Source: Candidatus Magasanikiibacteriota bacterium (GTDB lineage Bacteria > Patescibacteriota > Patescibacteriia > Magasanikbacterales > UBA922). From it: DNA of 64,000 bases. This document shows, piece by piece, positions 28,183 to 37,535 of this stretch. The stretch lies in contig CAILTG010000025.1 of NCBI GenBank assembly GCA_903837125.1, forward strand, positions 1,340-65,339, given 5' to 3'. The translations under genes and the position numbers were made by a program. The notes beneath the pieces are model-generated. The model was not told the origin of the DNA. It saw only the letters and a list, made by a program, of their open reading frames with translations, and ran no database searches. Every line of letters starts with the position of its first letter. The first letter of the stretch is position 1.

Positions 28183-29142
28183 ATGGATAGAAATTTAGCT
28201 TTGGAATTTGCTCGGGTAACTGAGGCAGCGGCGATAGCGGCAGCTAATTGGATGGGGCGAGGAGATAAAAAATCTGCTGATGGGGCGGCAGTTGATGCTA
28301 TGCGTGATCGGATGAAATATATTAATTTTTCCGGTAAAATTGTGATTGGTGAAGGTGAAAAAGATGAAGCTCCGGAATTATATATTGGTGAAAAATTAGG
28401 TACTGGCAAAGGTGAGGAATTGGATATTGCGGTTGATCCTTTGGAATGCACTGATAGTGTAGCCAACGGCGTTCCCAATGCCATGAGTGTAATTGCTACT
28501 GGCGATAAAGGTTCTTTGTTTCATGCCCCAGATATGTATATGGAAAAAATTGCTTGTGGCCATAAGGCCAAAGGGGCAATAAGTTTGGAGGCGACAGTTG
28601 CAGAAAATTTAAAAAATGTGGCTGGAAAATTAAGCAAAGAAGTCTCGGAATTAGTGGTAGTGGTTTTGGATCGTCCGCGCCATGAGGATTTGATTAAGCA
28701 AATTAGAACAGCTGGGGCTCGTGTTCGTCTTATCTCCGATGGTGATGTGGCCGGTGCAATTGCCCCCTCAGTTTGGGAATCAGGAATTGATTTGCTCATG
28801 GGGACAGGCGCTAGTGCCGAGGGAGTATTGGCCGCAATTGCCATTAAATGTTTGGGTGGTGAAATGCAATGCCGTTTAAAGCCAAAAGATGATAAACAAA
28901 TTAAGCGTCTTCAGGAAATGGGAATTAGTGATTATAATAAGATTTTAACTTTGGAAGATTTAGCCAAAGGTGATGATTTGAATTTTACGGCCACGGGTGT
29001 AATTGATGGTCCATTATTAAAAGGTGTGCGTTATACAGCTCATTATTGTATTACCCATTCAGTGGTCATGCGGGTAAAAAGTGGTACAATAAGATTTATG
29101 GAAACACATCATCGGTTGGATGAGAAGTTTTATAAGAATTAG
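28183..29142 (+). CDS. glpX: Class II fructose-1,6-bisphosphatase
   Basis: RVTEAAA, VIGEGEKDEAP, DIAVDPLE, ISDGDV. Confidence 0.95.
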   Translation: MDRNLALEFARVTEAAAIAAANWMGRGDKKSADGAAVDAMRDRMKYINFSGKIVIGEGEKDEAPELYIGEKLGTGKGEELDIAVDPLECTDSVANGVPNAMSVIATGDKGSLFHAPDMYMEKIACGHKAKGAISLEATVAENLKNVAGKLSKEVSELVVVVLDRPRHEDLIKQIRTAGARVRLISDGDVAGAIAPSVWESGIDLLMGTGASAEGVLAAIAIKCLGGEMQCRLKPKDDKQIKRLQEMGISDYNKILTLEDLAKGDDLNFTATGVIDGPLLKGVRYTAHYCITHSVVMRVKSGTIRFMETHHRLDEKFYKN

Positions 29143-29235
29143 AACTTTTCTCTGCCAAGGGGGAGTACAGGAAGGGGTTTCGGCAATGGGATGTGATTAA
29201 GTAGGTAAAAGTATTAATTATTAAAAATTATCACT

Positions 29236-30228
29236 ATGACCGAATTAAATAAAATTGCTAGAGCATTGGTGGCTCCAAACAAAGGTATTTTGGCTGCCGA
29301 TGAAAGTACTGGTACAATCGGTAAACGATTTGCTAAAATCAATGTAGAAAATATTGAAGAAAATCGCCGAGCGTATCGTGAGTTGCTTTTTACTACTTTA
29401 AATATAAATGAGTATATTAGCGGGGCAATAATGTATGATGAAACTATTCGTCAGCGCGCAGGGAATGGCGAGACTTTTGTGGCAGTTTTGGAAAAACAAA
29501 ATATTTTGCCAGGGATTAAAGTTGATGAAGGCACTGAACCAATGGCAGATTCACCAGATGAAGTTATTGCTAAGGGCTTAGAAAATTTACCAGCTAGATT
29601 GCCAGAATATGTAAAAATGGGAGCAAAGTTTTGTAAATGGCGTGGGGTAATAAAAATTGGTGATAATATTCCGACCTCTAATTGTATTCAAATTAATGCC
29701 GAACGATTGGCTAAATATGCCGAATTATGCCAGGAAAATAATTTGGTCCCAATGCTTGAACCAGAAGTTTTAATGGACGGTAATCATACAATTGAGAAAT
29801 GTTTTGAAATAACAAAAAATGTTTTAAAAGTTGTTTTCGTAGAATTACAAAAAGTAGAAGTTGATTTGTCTGGCATAATTTTGAAACCAAATATGGTAAT
29901 TTCAGGGTCTGATTGTTCAGAACAAGCATCGGCCAAACAAGTAGCAGAAATGACTGTAAAATGTTTAAAAGAAACTGTGCCAGAAGATGTGGGCGGAATT
30001 ACTTTTTTGTCGGGTGGTCAAAGCGAGAAACAGGCTTGTGAAACTTTGAATGAAATTAATAAATTATCTGCTGATTGTCCTTGGGCTTTATCATTTTCTT
30101 ATGGTCGCGCTTTACAAACATCGACCTTGAAAACTTGGGGTGGAAAAGTTGAAAATTTTAAAGAAGCTCAGGAAACATTTTTAAAACAGGCAAAATTAGC
30201 GAGCCTGGCTAGAGAAGGAAACTTATGA
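29236..30228 (+). CDS. Class I fructose-bisphosphate aldolase
   Basis: KGILAADES, KWR, LKPNMV Schiff-base Lys, FLSGGQ, FSYGRALQ. Confidence 0.95.
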   Translation: MTELNKIARALVAPNKGILAADESTGTIGKRFAKINVENIEENRRAYRELLFTTLNINEYISGAIMYDETIRQRAGNGETFVAVLEKQNILPGIKVDEGTEPMADSPDEVIAKGLENLPARLPEYVKMGAKFCKWRGVIKIGDNIPTSNCIQINAERLAKYAELCQENNLVPMLEPEVLMDGNHTIEKCFEITKNVLKVVFVELQKVEVDLSGIILKPNMVISGSDCSEQASAKQVAEMTVKCLKETVPEDVGGITFLSGGQSEKQACETLNEINKLSADCPWALSFSYGRALQTSTLKTWGGKVENFKEAQETFLKQAKLASLAREGNL

Positions 30229-30767
30229 ACAAAATTGCCGAAGAATATTATGCTAAAAGTGAAGGTATTGTTAATTTAAGTTGGCAAGATGTGGAGCAGG
30301 ATGTTTTGGGTATAATTAAAAAAATGAAAGCTGATAATTTTGAACCGGAGGTAATTGTTTCCATTGCCCGTTCCGGGCTTATCCCTGCCGCGATGTTGGC
30401 TTATGTTTTGGGTAATAAAGAACTTTATGTAGTTAAAATTGATTTTTCCAAAACACAAAAATCTGGTAAAGATCAGGATCTAAATGATCGTCCAACTATC
30501 ACACAAGAATTAACCAAAGACATTCATGGTTTAAAAGTTTTAGTTGTGGACGAAATGGTAGTTTCAGGTTCCACTCTTAAATTAATGGATATGTACATGC
30601 ACATAAAAAATCCAGCTGAAGTTAAATATGCAGTACTTTATAAACAACCATGGGCCGGTTTTACTCCAGATTATTTTGGTCGGGAAATAAAAGAGTGGCC
30701 CTTGTATCCTTGGAAAGAATTAAAAAATAATGTGCTTGATCCACGAGCGGTGGTAGTTGAAAAATAG
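30225..30767 (+). CDS. Phosphoribosyltransferase (Gpt-like)
   Basis: IARSGL, VLVVDEMVVSGSTL PRPP loop, YPW. Confidence 0.85.
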   Translation: MNKIAEEYYAKSEGIVNLSWQDVEQDVLGIIKKMKADNFEPEVIVSIARSGLIPAAMLAYVLGNKELYVVKIDFSKTQKSGKDQDLNDRPTITQELTKDIHGLKVLVVDEMVVSGSTLKLMDMYMHIKNPAEVKYAVLYKQPWAGFTPDYFGREIKEWPLYPWKELKNNVLDPRAVVVEK

Positions 30768-30776
30768 TTTAATTTA

Positions 30777-30804
30777 ATCTGTCTCATGTTGGGACAGATT
30801 TTTT
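30777..30804 (+). terminator. Terminator
   Basis: aatctgtctca-tgt-tgggacagattttt. Confidence 0.6.
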
Positions 30805-30921
30805 GAAACTTTTATGTTGCTTCTTTCGTATATAATGATGCGGACAAAGACTTGACAATAGAAAAAAATATCAGTATATTACTTATATTATACTTAATTA
30901 GTATGTTTTAATCTATTTTAT

Positions 30922-31098
30922 ATGATAAATAAGAAATCAAAACGTGGTTTAGCCAGCATGAGTGTGGAAAAAAGACGTAAAATTGCTAGTATGGGCGGTA
31001 AAGCCAGTCCAACCAATTTTAAAAATAGACCCTTAGCAGAACTAAAGGCAATCGCTAGAAAAGGTGGAAAAGCTTCTCGCGGTGGTAGAGGCAAGTAA
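30922..31098 (+). CDS. Small KGG-repeat stress protein (58 aa, below ORF-track cutoff)
   Basis: KRGLASMSVEKRRKIASMGGKAS...IARKGGKAS; own promoter TTGACA(30852)-17-TATATT. Confidence 0.85.
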   Translation: MINKKSKRGLASMSVEKRRKIASMGGKASPTNFKNRPLAELKAIARKGGKASRGGRGK

Positions 31099-31148
31099 TT
31101 TTGGCTTATTTTGGCTAAAAATTATGTTTTTTAATTAGTTATTTTGGG

Positions 31149-31204
31149 TTATCCACAGAAACTGTCGACGAAAAGTTGACAGTTTTTATTATCTTTATTA
31201 TACT
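31149..31204 (+). promoter_or_regulatory. DnaA-box 9-mer, inverted repeat and promoter of second TrmB gene
   Basis: TTATCCACA 31149-31157; AAACTGTCGAC-gaaaa-GTTGACAGTTT; TTGACA(31176)-17-TATACT. Confidence 0.65.
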
Positions 31205-31231
31205 AAATTGTAGCTATAATATTGACGAATT

Positions 31232-31966
31232 ATGGATATAGACCTATTAAAATCTTTGGGTTTTTCTGATAAGTCTGCCAAGATTTATTTGGCTTTGCTT
31301 AGTTTAGGTCCAAGCTCTGTGCGTAATTTGGCTGAATTTTGTAATTTGAATCGGGGGACTCTTTATGATAACCTTAAATGGCTTCAAGAAAAAGGAATAA
31401 TCACTTATTATCAAAAAGATACCAAACAGTATTTTGTAGCCGATGACCCGGACAGATTGAAACGACTGGTGGAAAACCAACAAAAAGAATTAAAGGAAGC
31501 AGAAATTAAATTAGAAAAAACTATACCCGAACTTCAAGCCTTGTATAATCGAGGAGGAGAGCGTCCGGTGGCCAGATATTATGAAAAAAAGGAAATAGGC
31601 CAAATTTTGGAAGATGTGCTGAATACTTGTGAAGAAACAGGTGAAAGTGAATATCGCATATATTCTGCGGCGGGGATTAGAGAATATTTATATAATAGTT
31701 TTGTCACTTTTAGTGATGTACGTATTGGGAAAAATATTGCCGTAAAAGTAATTGCCATGGGTGAGGGTGGTGAACTGCGCGGTTTGGATCAAAGAAAATG
31801 GTTAAAGGTGGAAAATGCCAATCCTACATATATAATTATTTATCCTGGCAAAACTGCTTATATTTCTTTAAATGCTAAAAAAGAGTTGGTGGGAGTGGTA
31901 ATAGAAAATGAGGGAATTTATCAAACACAAAAAATTATTTTTGAAGGGTTGTGGAATAAGTTGTAA
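31232..31966 (+). CDS. TrmB-family transcriptional regulator
   Basis: LKSLGFSDKSAKIYLALL, RGTLYDNLKWLQEKG. Confidence 0.85.
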   Translation: MDIDLLKSLGFSDKSAKIYLALLSLGPSSVRNLAEFCNLNRGTLYDNLKWLQEKGIITYYQKDTKQYFVADDPDRLKRLVENQQKELKEAEIKLEKTIPELQALYNRGGERPVARYYEKKEIGQILEDVLNTCEETGESEYRIYSAAGIREYLYNSFVTFSDVRIGKNIAVKVIAMGEGGELRGLDQRKWLKVENANPTYIIIYPGKTAYISLNAKKELVGVVIENEGIYQTQKIIFEGLWNKL

Positions 31967-31968
31967 TT

Positions 31969-32601
31969 ATGTTTATAATTGATTTTGATGACACTTTATT
32001 TAATACGCACGCTTATAAGCAAGCAAGGCTTAGGGCAATGAAGCGTTTGGGTGTGTTGCCAGAATTATTTTGGAAGACTTATGAACGAGCAAGAACCAAT
32101 GAAGATGGAATCTTTACTTATTCAGATATTAATCACGCCGAAATTTTAGGTTCACTTGGTTTTGATGAAGAAAAAATTTTTAAAGCTTTACAAAAGGTTA
32201 CCAATAAATTAGAGAATTATATATTTTCTGATGCCGAAATGTTTTTGGACAATTTAAAAAAAATTGGTGAACCTTTAATTTTGTTAAGTTTAGGTGACCC
32301 GGTTACACAGGAGGAAAAGGTTAAGAAAAGCGGTTTGGGAAAGTTTTTTGATCGGCGATTTTTAGTTAATACACCTAAAGAGGATATTTTAAAGGAATTG
32401 TTTAAGGGAAACTTAAATCAAGACGCCTGGTTTGTAAATGATAAGGTGGATGAAACTCAACAATTATTATTTACTTTTAAAAATTTGCGGGTAGTTTTCA
32501 AAATGTCTGAATCAATACCGCGTGAGGAATATCTAAAGAGTGGTTGGCCGTATTTTCCAAGTTTAAAAGAAATTTTAGCTTATATAAATAAATATGAATA
32601 A
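31969..32601 (+). CDS. HAD-superfamily hydrolase
   Basis: DFDDTL motif I; VNDK motif. Confidence 0.8.
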   Translation: MFIIDFDDTLFNTHAYKQARLRAMKRLGVLPELFWKTYERARTNEDGIFTYSDINHAEILGSLGFDEEKIFKALQKVTNKLENYIFSDAEMFLDNLKKIGEPLILLSLGDPVTQEEKVKKSGLGKFFDRRFLVNTPKEDILKELFKGNLNQDAWFVNDKVDETQQLLFTFKNLRVVFKMSESIPREEYLKSGWPYFPSLKEILAYINKYE

Positions 32602-33337
32602 GTTTGCAGTAGTAATTTTAGCTGCTGGAAAAGGTAAAAGAATGAACAGTGATAAATTGAAGGTGATGCACGAGCTAAAAGGCAGACCTTTGGTAGATTA
32701 TGTAGTTTCTGCGGTTGAAGAATTAAAAATTGGTCTAAAACCGTTGGTAGTGGTTTGCGATGATGATGAAGTTGTGCAGAATTTTCTGGGAATCAGAGCA
32801 GAGTATGTGGTGCAAAAGAAAAGATTGGGTACTGGACACGCGGTTTTAATGGCCGAGCCCGTTTTAAAAGATTTGGCAGAAAATATTATTGTTCTTTATG
32901 GTGATATGCCGTTTATCACTACGGATTCTTTAAAAAAATTAATGGATAAACATTTAGCAGAAAATAGTAAATTAACTTTGTTAACTTGCAGGGTTGAGGA
33001 TTTTGAGGGTTTGCAGGCAAATTTATTTGATAATGGAAGAATTATTAGAGAGCCAGAGAAAAATTTTATTATTAAAATTGTTGAAAAAAAAGATGCTACA
33101 GCTGAACAATTAAAAATTAGAGAATTGAATACTGCTTTTTTTTGTTTTCAAGCCCCCTGGTTGTGGGAAAATTTGAAAAAAGTATCTAATAATAATGTTC
33201 AAGACGAATATTATTTAACCGATTTGGTAGAACTGGCTTTTATCCAAGGTGAAAAATTATCCTCGGTAACAATTGAATTCAAAGAAGCAATTGGTATTAA
33301 TACAATAGAGCATTTACAAATTGCTCATGAAATATAA
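32594..33337 (+). CDS. GlmU-like uridylyltransferase (N-terminal domain only)
   Basis: LAAGKGKRM, LGTGHA, GDMP, EYYLTD, GIN; no left-handed beta-helix acetyltransferase domain. Confidence 0.85.
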   Translation: MNKFAVVILAAGKGKRMNSDKLKVMHELKGRPLVDYVVSAVEELKIGLKPLVVVCDDDEVVQNFLGIRAEYVVQKKRLGTGHAVLMAEPVLKDLAENIIVLYGDMPFITTDSLKKLMDKHLAENSKLTLLTCRVEDFEGLQANLFDNGRIIREPEKNFIIKIVEKKDATAEQLKIRELNTAFFCFQAPWLWENLKKVSNNNVQDEYYLTDLVELAFIQGEKLSSVTIEFKEAIGINTIEHLQIAHEI

Positions 33338-34373
33338 TTTTGTGGATAATAAAAATAGAAAATTAATGACCGGTGCCGAAGTTTGTGTGCAAGCTGCTTT
33401 TGACGCTGAAGCCAAAATGATGTATGGCTATCCCATTACTCCAGCCACAGAAGTGTTTACCGGTTGGATTAAACGTGGTGGTGCCTATTTGCAAACCGAA
33501 GATGAAATTGCGGCAGGTTTTGCAATTTGTGGTGCCATATTAGCTGGACAAAAAGCTTTTTCAGCTACTTCTGGTCCAGGACATATTTTAATGCAAGATG
33601 CGATGAGTATGGCCGAAGGTATGCGTTTACCGTTTGTGTTGATTGTTGGCCAACGTGGTGGTCCATCTTCTGGCACTGTAATTTATTCTCAGCAAGAAGT
33701 TATTTTGTCTTGTTTTGGTGGTAATGGTGAGGGTTTGCGTTTGGTTTATTCTCCTTCAAGTTTGAAAGAGTTATATCAATTAACGCGTCAGGCATTTAAT
33801 GACGCTTGGCAGTATCGTTTTCCGGCAATTGTTTTAACCGATGGTTACATGTTAAAAACTAGAGGAGTAGTTAGTTTGGAAGAATTAAAAATAGAAAATA
33901 TTCCACCTCATCAATTAGTTCCGGAAGATAAAGTAACTCACTGGCAAAATATTTACACTTTTGAAGATGATTTATATTATGAAATTAATTCAGCTAAAGA
34001 AGATTTTCATAAAATAGCAGATGAAATAGCTAAAGCAGAAAAATATTTAACAGCTGATGCTGAAATATTATTAGTTGCCCATGGAATTGTGGGGGCGGTT
34101 GCCAAAGAAGCAGTCCAAGAATTGCGTAAAGTAGGAATTAAGGCTGGAATGTTTCGTCCAATTACTTTGCGTCCTTTTCCTAAAAAAGAATTAGATAAAG
34201 TTTGTGGTTGGGAAAGTGTTAAAAAAGTAGTGGTAATTGAATCAGCCCTCGGTCAATTGGCCAGAATTGTGCGTGATCAGTTGGCGCCAGAGATTGATGT
34301 GAGTTTTGAATACCTGCAAAAACCGGGGTTAGGGATTGAGGTGGAGGAGATTGTGAAGTTTGTTAATAAATAA
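33327..34373 (+). CDS. 2-oxoacid:ferredoxin oxidoreductase alpha subunit
   Basis: GYPITP, ATSGPG, RGGPSSG. Confidence 0.9.
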   Translation: MKYNFVDNKNRKLMTGAEVCVQAAFDAEAKMMYGYPITPATEVFTGWIKRGGAYLQTEDEIAAGFAICGAILAGQKAFSATSGPGHILMQDAMSMAEGMRLPFVLIVGQRGGPSSGTVIYSQQEVILSCFGGNGEGLRLVYSPSSLKELYQLTRQAFNDAWQYRFPAIVLTDGYMLKTRGVVSLEELKIENIPPHQLVPEDKVTHWQNIYTFEDDLYYEINSAKEDFHKIADEIAKAEKYLTADAEILLVAHGIVGAVAKEAVQELRKVGIKAGMFRPITLRPFPKKELDKVCGWESVKKVVVIESALGQLARIVRDQLAPEIDVSFEYLQKPGLGIEVEEIVKFVNK

Positions 34374-34377
34374 TTTT

Positions 34378-35058
34378 ATGTCTGATTTTATTCCAGCAAA
34401 ATTTTGTCCGGGGTGCGGTTATCCGATTGCTTTGACGTTGTTAAAAAATGTTTTGAAAAAAAATGATTTACTTGCCAAGTCAGTGTTGGGTTTGGATATT
34501 GGTTGTAATTTGTTGGCTTGGAATTTTTTACCAATTTCTACTTTTCAAACACATCACGGCCGAGTCGTGCCAACGATGGTTGGTTTTAAGCGCGCCAGAA
34601 ATAATTCACTTTCTTTTGCTTTGGTTGGAGATGGTGGAGCCTATGCTATTGGTCTGCAAAGTTTAATTCATGCCGCCAAACGTGATGAAGCAATTACAGT
34701 TTTGGTTATTAATAATACAGTCTATGGAATGACCGGCGGGCAGACCGCCCCCACAACTTTAAAAGGACAAAAAACCGATTCACATCCAGAAGGTAATCCA
34801 GAAGAGCCGATGATGGGTCCGGAATTATTAAAGAATGTTGTAAAACCAGGAGCCTTTTTGGCAAGAACTGCTGTAAACGAACCTAAACAGTTGATGGAAT
34901 TTTTAGAAAAAGCAATTCAAACACAGCAAGCCGGGCATTTTTCTTTGATAGAAATTTTGTCTTTTTGTCCCACGAATTGGAAAACAAGTGGTATGGAAAC
35001 AATTAAATATTTAGATGAAAAGTTGAAGCCGGTTTTTAAATTGGGTGAAGTTCTGTAA
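34378..35058 (+). CDS. 2-oxoacid:ferredoxin oxidoreductase beta subunit
   Basis: FCPGCG, GDGG, NNTVYGMTGGQ, CPT. Confidence 0.9.
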   Translation: MSDFIPAKFCPGCGYPIALTLLKNVLKKNDLLAKSVLGLDIGCNLLAWNFLPISTFQTHHGRVVPTMVGFKRARNNSLSFALVGDGGAYAIGLQSLIHAAKRDEAITVLVINNTVYGMTGGQTAPTTLKGQKTDSHPEGNPEEPMMGPELLKNVVKPGAFLARTAVNEPKQLMEFLEKAIQTQQAGHFSLIEILSFCPTNWKTSGMETIKYLDEKLKPVFKLGEVL

Positions 35059-35146
35059 TATTTTATTAATATTTTGTTTGTATTTTGATAATATTTTAGG
35101 CTTTTGAAAAAATACGAATAAAATACAAAAAAAATACGAATAAAAT

Positions 35147-35629
35147 ATGACTTATAAAATACTATTAAGTGGTGATGGCGGCCAAGGTATTCAACTTGTT
35201 TCCGACATGTTGGCGCAAGCGGCTTTTGCCAATGGTTTTAATATTTCGCAAATTCCTAATTATGGTTTGGAACAGCGCGGTGGGGTTTCACTTTCTTTTT
35301 TAGTTATTAGTGACCAAGAAATTGCTTATCCTCGGTTTACCAAACCAGACATTTTGCTCATAATGAGTGAACAAGCGAGAATAAGGACAGAAAAAAATAA
35401 AAATGGAAATTTAATATTAGATGTGCAAGATTATAATAAAAAATTAGAGGAGAATAATATTTTTGTTAAAAGTTATAATATTTTTTTCTTGGGGCGGTTG
35501 ACAAAAATATTGGAAGAAAAAGGTGTTTTAAAGAAAGAGGACGTTTTTAATTTATTAGAAAAAAAATTAAGTACAAAAATGAATTGGGAGGAAAATAAAA
35601 AAACTTGGGAATTAGCAATTAGAAATTAA
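35147..35629 (+). CDS. 2-oxoacid:ferredoxin oxidoreductase gamma subunit
   Basis: GDGGQG, YGLEQRGG. Confidence 0.85.
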   Translation: MTYKILLSGDGGQGIQLVSDMLAQAAFANGFNISQIPNYGLEQRGGVSLSFLVISDQEIAYPRFTKPDILLIMSEQARIRTEKNKNGNLILDVQDYNKKLEENNIFVKSYNIFFLGRLTKILEEKGVLKKEDVFNLLEKKLSTKMNWEENKKTWELAIRN

Positions 35630-35631
35630 TT

Positions 35632-36486
35632 ATGATTATTTTTTTGCAAAATTTAAGTTTTACTAGTATTGCTATAATTTCGGCTGTTTTTGGTTCGGTG
35701 GCTATAGTTTGGGCCAGGGTTTTGTTAAAAGATATTAAAGCTAGGGATATTTTGGGAATAAATTTTTTAACCATGGGTATAGTACTTTTGTTGATTTCCC
35801 CATTATTTTATTATTTTAAATTTTCTTGGCTGGCTGCTCTGTTATTGATTTTGATTGCTGTTATTGATACAGTGGCCAATTATTTTTATTTTAAGACATT
35901 TGAAAATACAGAAGCGAGTGTGGCCGCACCAATTTTATCTTTAGCGCCGGGTTTTACATTCTTTTTTGGTTGGTTATTTATTGGAGATAAAGTTAGTTGG
36001 TATAGTTTTGTTATTGCCATTTTAATAATTATTATAGTTGTATTTTTTTCCATTGATTTTAAAAATTTCAAATATTTTAAGACAATTAGTTTAACACCGG
36101 CAATAATATCTTCCCTATTTTTTGGATTATCGGCTATACCGACAAAATATTTATTGTCTACAATGCAGGTTACAAACGCCCCAACCTTATATATGTTTCG
36201 GGCGGGTTTGATTGCTTTGTTTTCTTTGTTGTTTTTTCGTTTTCCACTTCGGGAAATTAGCGTTAAACAATATCGTCAAATTTTTTTACGTAGTCTGTTT
36301 GTCATCGGTCAATGGGTATTGTTGTATTTGGCTTTGTCCAAAGGAAATGCCGGGGTTACGGTCACTTTGGCCAACATAACTCCAATTTTTGCTTTTATGT
36401 TGGGTGCTGTTTTGTTGAAAGAAAAAATTACTTTTAAAAAATTATTGGCAGCAATTATGATTTTATTTTTATCTTTGATTATTTAA
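35632..36486 (+). CDS. EamA/DMT-family transporter
   Basis: About 10 TM helices in two repeats, LKEKI motif. Confidence 0.8.
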   Translation: MIIFLQNLSFTSIAIISAVFGSVAIVWARVLLKDIKARDILGINFLTMGIVLLLISPLFYYFKFSWLAALLLILIAVIDTVANYFYFKTFENTEASVAAPILSLAPGFTFFFGWLFIGDKVSWYSFVIAILIIIIVVFFSIDFKNFKYFKTISLTPAIISSLFFGLSAIPTKYLLSTMQVTNAPTLYMFRAGLIALFSLLFFRFPLREISVKQYRQIFLRSLFVIGQWVLLYLALSKGNAGVTVTLANITPIFAFMLGAVLLKEKITFKKLLAAIMILFLSLII

Positions 36487-36487
36487 T

Positions 36488-37480
36488 ATGAAAAAACCTA
36501 AAATACTTATCTTATTTTGTGGTGGTACTATTTCCATGACCAAAAATATGGCGGGGGCTTTGGTGGGCCATTACTCAGCTGATCAACTTTTTAACATGGA
36601 ACCGCGAGTTAAACAATTGGCTAATTTGGATGTAGAAGTAGTGGCGGATATTGATAGTACCAATATGAATTGGGTCCACTGGGAAAAATTAGTTGATTTG
36701 ATTGCAAAAAATTATAGTAAATATGATGGTTTTATAGTTACTTGTGGAACCAACACCATGGCTTATACTTCTTCGGCAATATCGTTTGCTTTGCCAAATA
36801 TCGGTAAACCAGTGGTGTTTACTGGAGCGCAAATTCCAGCTGAAGAAATAAATACCGATGCCCGTAATAATTTTGTGAATGCTTTGCGGGTGGCGATTAT
36901 GGATATGGCTGGAGTGTTTGTGGTTTTTGGCAGTAAAATCATTTTGGGTTGTCGTGCCAAAAAGGTTAATGAATCAGAATTAGAAGCTTTTGATGTTTTT
37001 AATGATACTAATTTTGGTGAAATAATGATCAAAATTAAAATTAATAGAAAATATAATCGTTGTCATAATAAAAAGTTAATTGTTAAAAATGGTTTTGATA
37101 ATAATATTGTCAGTTTAACTCTCGTGCCAGGTTTAAAATCAGAACATCTTGTTAAATTAATTGATAATAAAGTAAAAGGAATGGTTATTAGGGCTTTTGG
37201 TTCGGGAGATATTCCTTATGATTTATTTCCAGCCTTAGAATACGCGCGTAAAAAGCAAGTGCCAATTTTAGTTACCACCCAGTGTCCGCGTGGGGCCACG
37301 GTGATGGGTATTAACGAACCTGGTCGTCTGGCTTTAAAGCTGGGTGTGATTCAGGTTTTTGATATGAGTATGGAAGCTATGAGCACTAAATTGATGTGGG
37401 CCTTAAAACACAAAGTTTCTTATAAAAAAATGAAGAAATTTATCCAGACTAATTTGGTGGGGGAAATAAAAGAGAAATAA
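36488..37480 (+). CDS. Type I L-asparaginase-family amidohydrolase
   Basis: GGTISM, DSTNM, GTNTM, TGAQIP, FGSG, DMSMEA. Confidence 0.85.
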   Translation: MKKPKILILFCGGTISMTKNMAGALVGHYSADQLFNMEPRVKQLANLDVEVVADIDSTNMNWVHWEKLVDLIAKNYSKYDGFIVTCGTNTMAYTSSAISFALPNIGKPVVFTGAQIPAEEINTDARNNFVNALRVAIMDMAGVFVVFGSKIILGCRAKKVNESELEAFDVFNDTNFGEIMIKIKINRKYNRCHNKKLIVKNGFDNNIVSLTLVPGLKSEHLVKLIDNKVKGMVIRAFGSGDIPYDLFPALEYARKKQVPILVTTQCPRGATVMGINEPGRLALKLGVIQVFDMSMEAMSTKLMWALKHKVSYKKMKKFIQTNLVGEIKEK

Positions 37481-37535
37481 ATTGGGAGGAAAGTGAAAGA
37501 GTTTATTTGTTGAGAAAAAAGTAATTTTATTTTTT

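Noticed and set aside
1311-33349. DnaA boxes as oriC
   Set aside because: Boxes are solitary and many kb apart, with no dnaA/dnaN nearby and no strand-bias switch
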